A stretch of DNA of 64,000 nt from Lytechinus pictus (Eukaryota): NCBI RefSeq assembly GCF_037042905.1, contig NC_087250.1, positions 28,026,001-28,090,000 on the forward strand, written 5' to 3'. Within the stretch, counting starts at the first letter, position 1, and every line of letters begins with the position of its first letter. The notes beneath the pieces were generated by a model that saw only the letters and a list, made by a program, of their open reading frames with translations, made no database searches and was not told the origin of the DNA. Shown in pieces: positions 62,851 to 64,000 of this stretch. The position numbers were made by a program, and so were the translations under genes.

Positions 62851-63689
62851 CTAGTGAAAACAACAAAACAAGGGGTATACACGTATTAAATCGACCTTTT
62901 CCGAACCTGAGGTTTTAGGAGACATTTAAAACTGAAAACTGGTGCCGGATATACATGTATAATACATATGACTGCATGAAACGAAAGGTGCTCATCTGCA
63001 TGTATATAGGAGTCTCGTGTAGCACGATATTAGGGGGAAGCGAGTTGCTTAAATTTTAGTTGTACAGACGGTTTGCCCCTGAGGTTTCATCAGCAACTAA
63101 ATCAAATTTAATGTTAAACTAAAGTACATCTCAAGAGAACAACTCTAGTACAGTCAAGCGGAGTGGGTCTAATAGGGGGAGGGGGTGTTCTCTGGTTAAC
63201 AATAATCTGAAAGGAAAATATTTTCTTGTATTCACAGGTTGAAATAAGTTATGTTCTTGATTTTTTCATTGCTGTTTTCTTCATTAGGTTCATAAGGTAG
63301 TATTTATTGTCCAAATAAATAAATAAGTGGAAATTTGCTCTTTAACATGATATTGAACATACAAACATAGTGTGGAAAATTAACATATTTACAGAAAATC
63401 AAACAATCACATATAGACAATAATAATATACACATGCGTACCATTTGAAACAATTAATATTATTGACATTAAAAATAAGATTAAAATGTAAATTGAAACC
63501 GAAAGTAAGATATCGGATATTGAAATTAAATGTGAAATAAAAATCAGTTTTATAAATCTTCACAGCATTGTCCACTTGAAATTGTTATTGTTATCAGTGA
63601 TTACATATCATTATAATTTTTAATATTGTTGTTTAAAATAATTAACATCATATTTAGTCGTATAATTATCTTACACATCTCATGCAAGG

Positions 63690-64000
63690 ACTTTATTTTG
63701 CCGTTAAAACTGATTATGCGGTACTTCTCCCTCAGATACAAGTTACATCTCTTTGTTTTTGGTGCGTAAGGCTGCACATGTCTAATACTATTCTCCATTT
63801 GCAGTGAGTGAATATGGCGTTCCTTCATCCTTTAGTGCTTGCTGAGCTCAGTTTCAGTCGTTTAATTCCCCCGATCGGGCGATTGGTGATGCTTGCTTTG
63901 GGTTTTGCGTACCTTGCCTTGAATGTGAGCCCGATGTACACTTTCTTGTCTCTAGATGTCGCTACCTTGGCTTCATAGATGACATTGGTGGCCATGCATT
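63690..64000 (-). mobile_element. Penelope-like retroelement GIY-YIG endonuclease fragment
   Basis: CMATNVIYEAKV...KKVYIGLTFKARY...TELSKH...PYAPKTKRCNLYLREKYRII with frameshifts. Confidence 0.8.

Overview
AT-rich, repeat-dense animal genomic DNA. The repeat repertoire suggests an echinoderm such as a sea urchin; this is inference, not a database match. The whole window lies inside one large minus-strand gene whose start and stop are both outside it. I reconstructed 10 well-supported GT-AG, phase 1-1 exons (1911 nt, about 637 aa). They encode a strictly alternating array of five EGF-like domains and four divergent 110-112 aa CUB-like domains. Three of the four CUB-like units share a non-canonical cysteine pair, and one unit is split by an extra intron. 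The introns appear to hold several decayed copies of the CUB-like exon, which suggests birth and death of modular cassette exons. The other ~97% is intron filled with non-autonomous DNA transposons (Kolobok-like TTAA, hAT-like, Tc1-like, Harbinger-like, HINE/pearl-like, large foldbacks), truncated LINEs and tandem or low-complexity repeats. One L1/Tx1-type copy has a twin-priming 5' inversion, and one Penelope-like fragment carries a mutated hammerhead ribozyme. I saw no rRNA, tRNA, CRISPR array or intact transposase. All alignments were done by eye.
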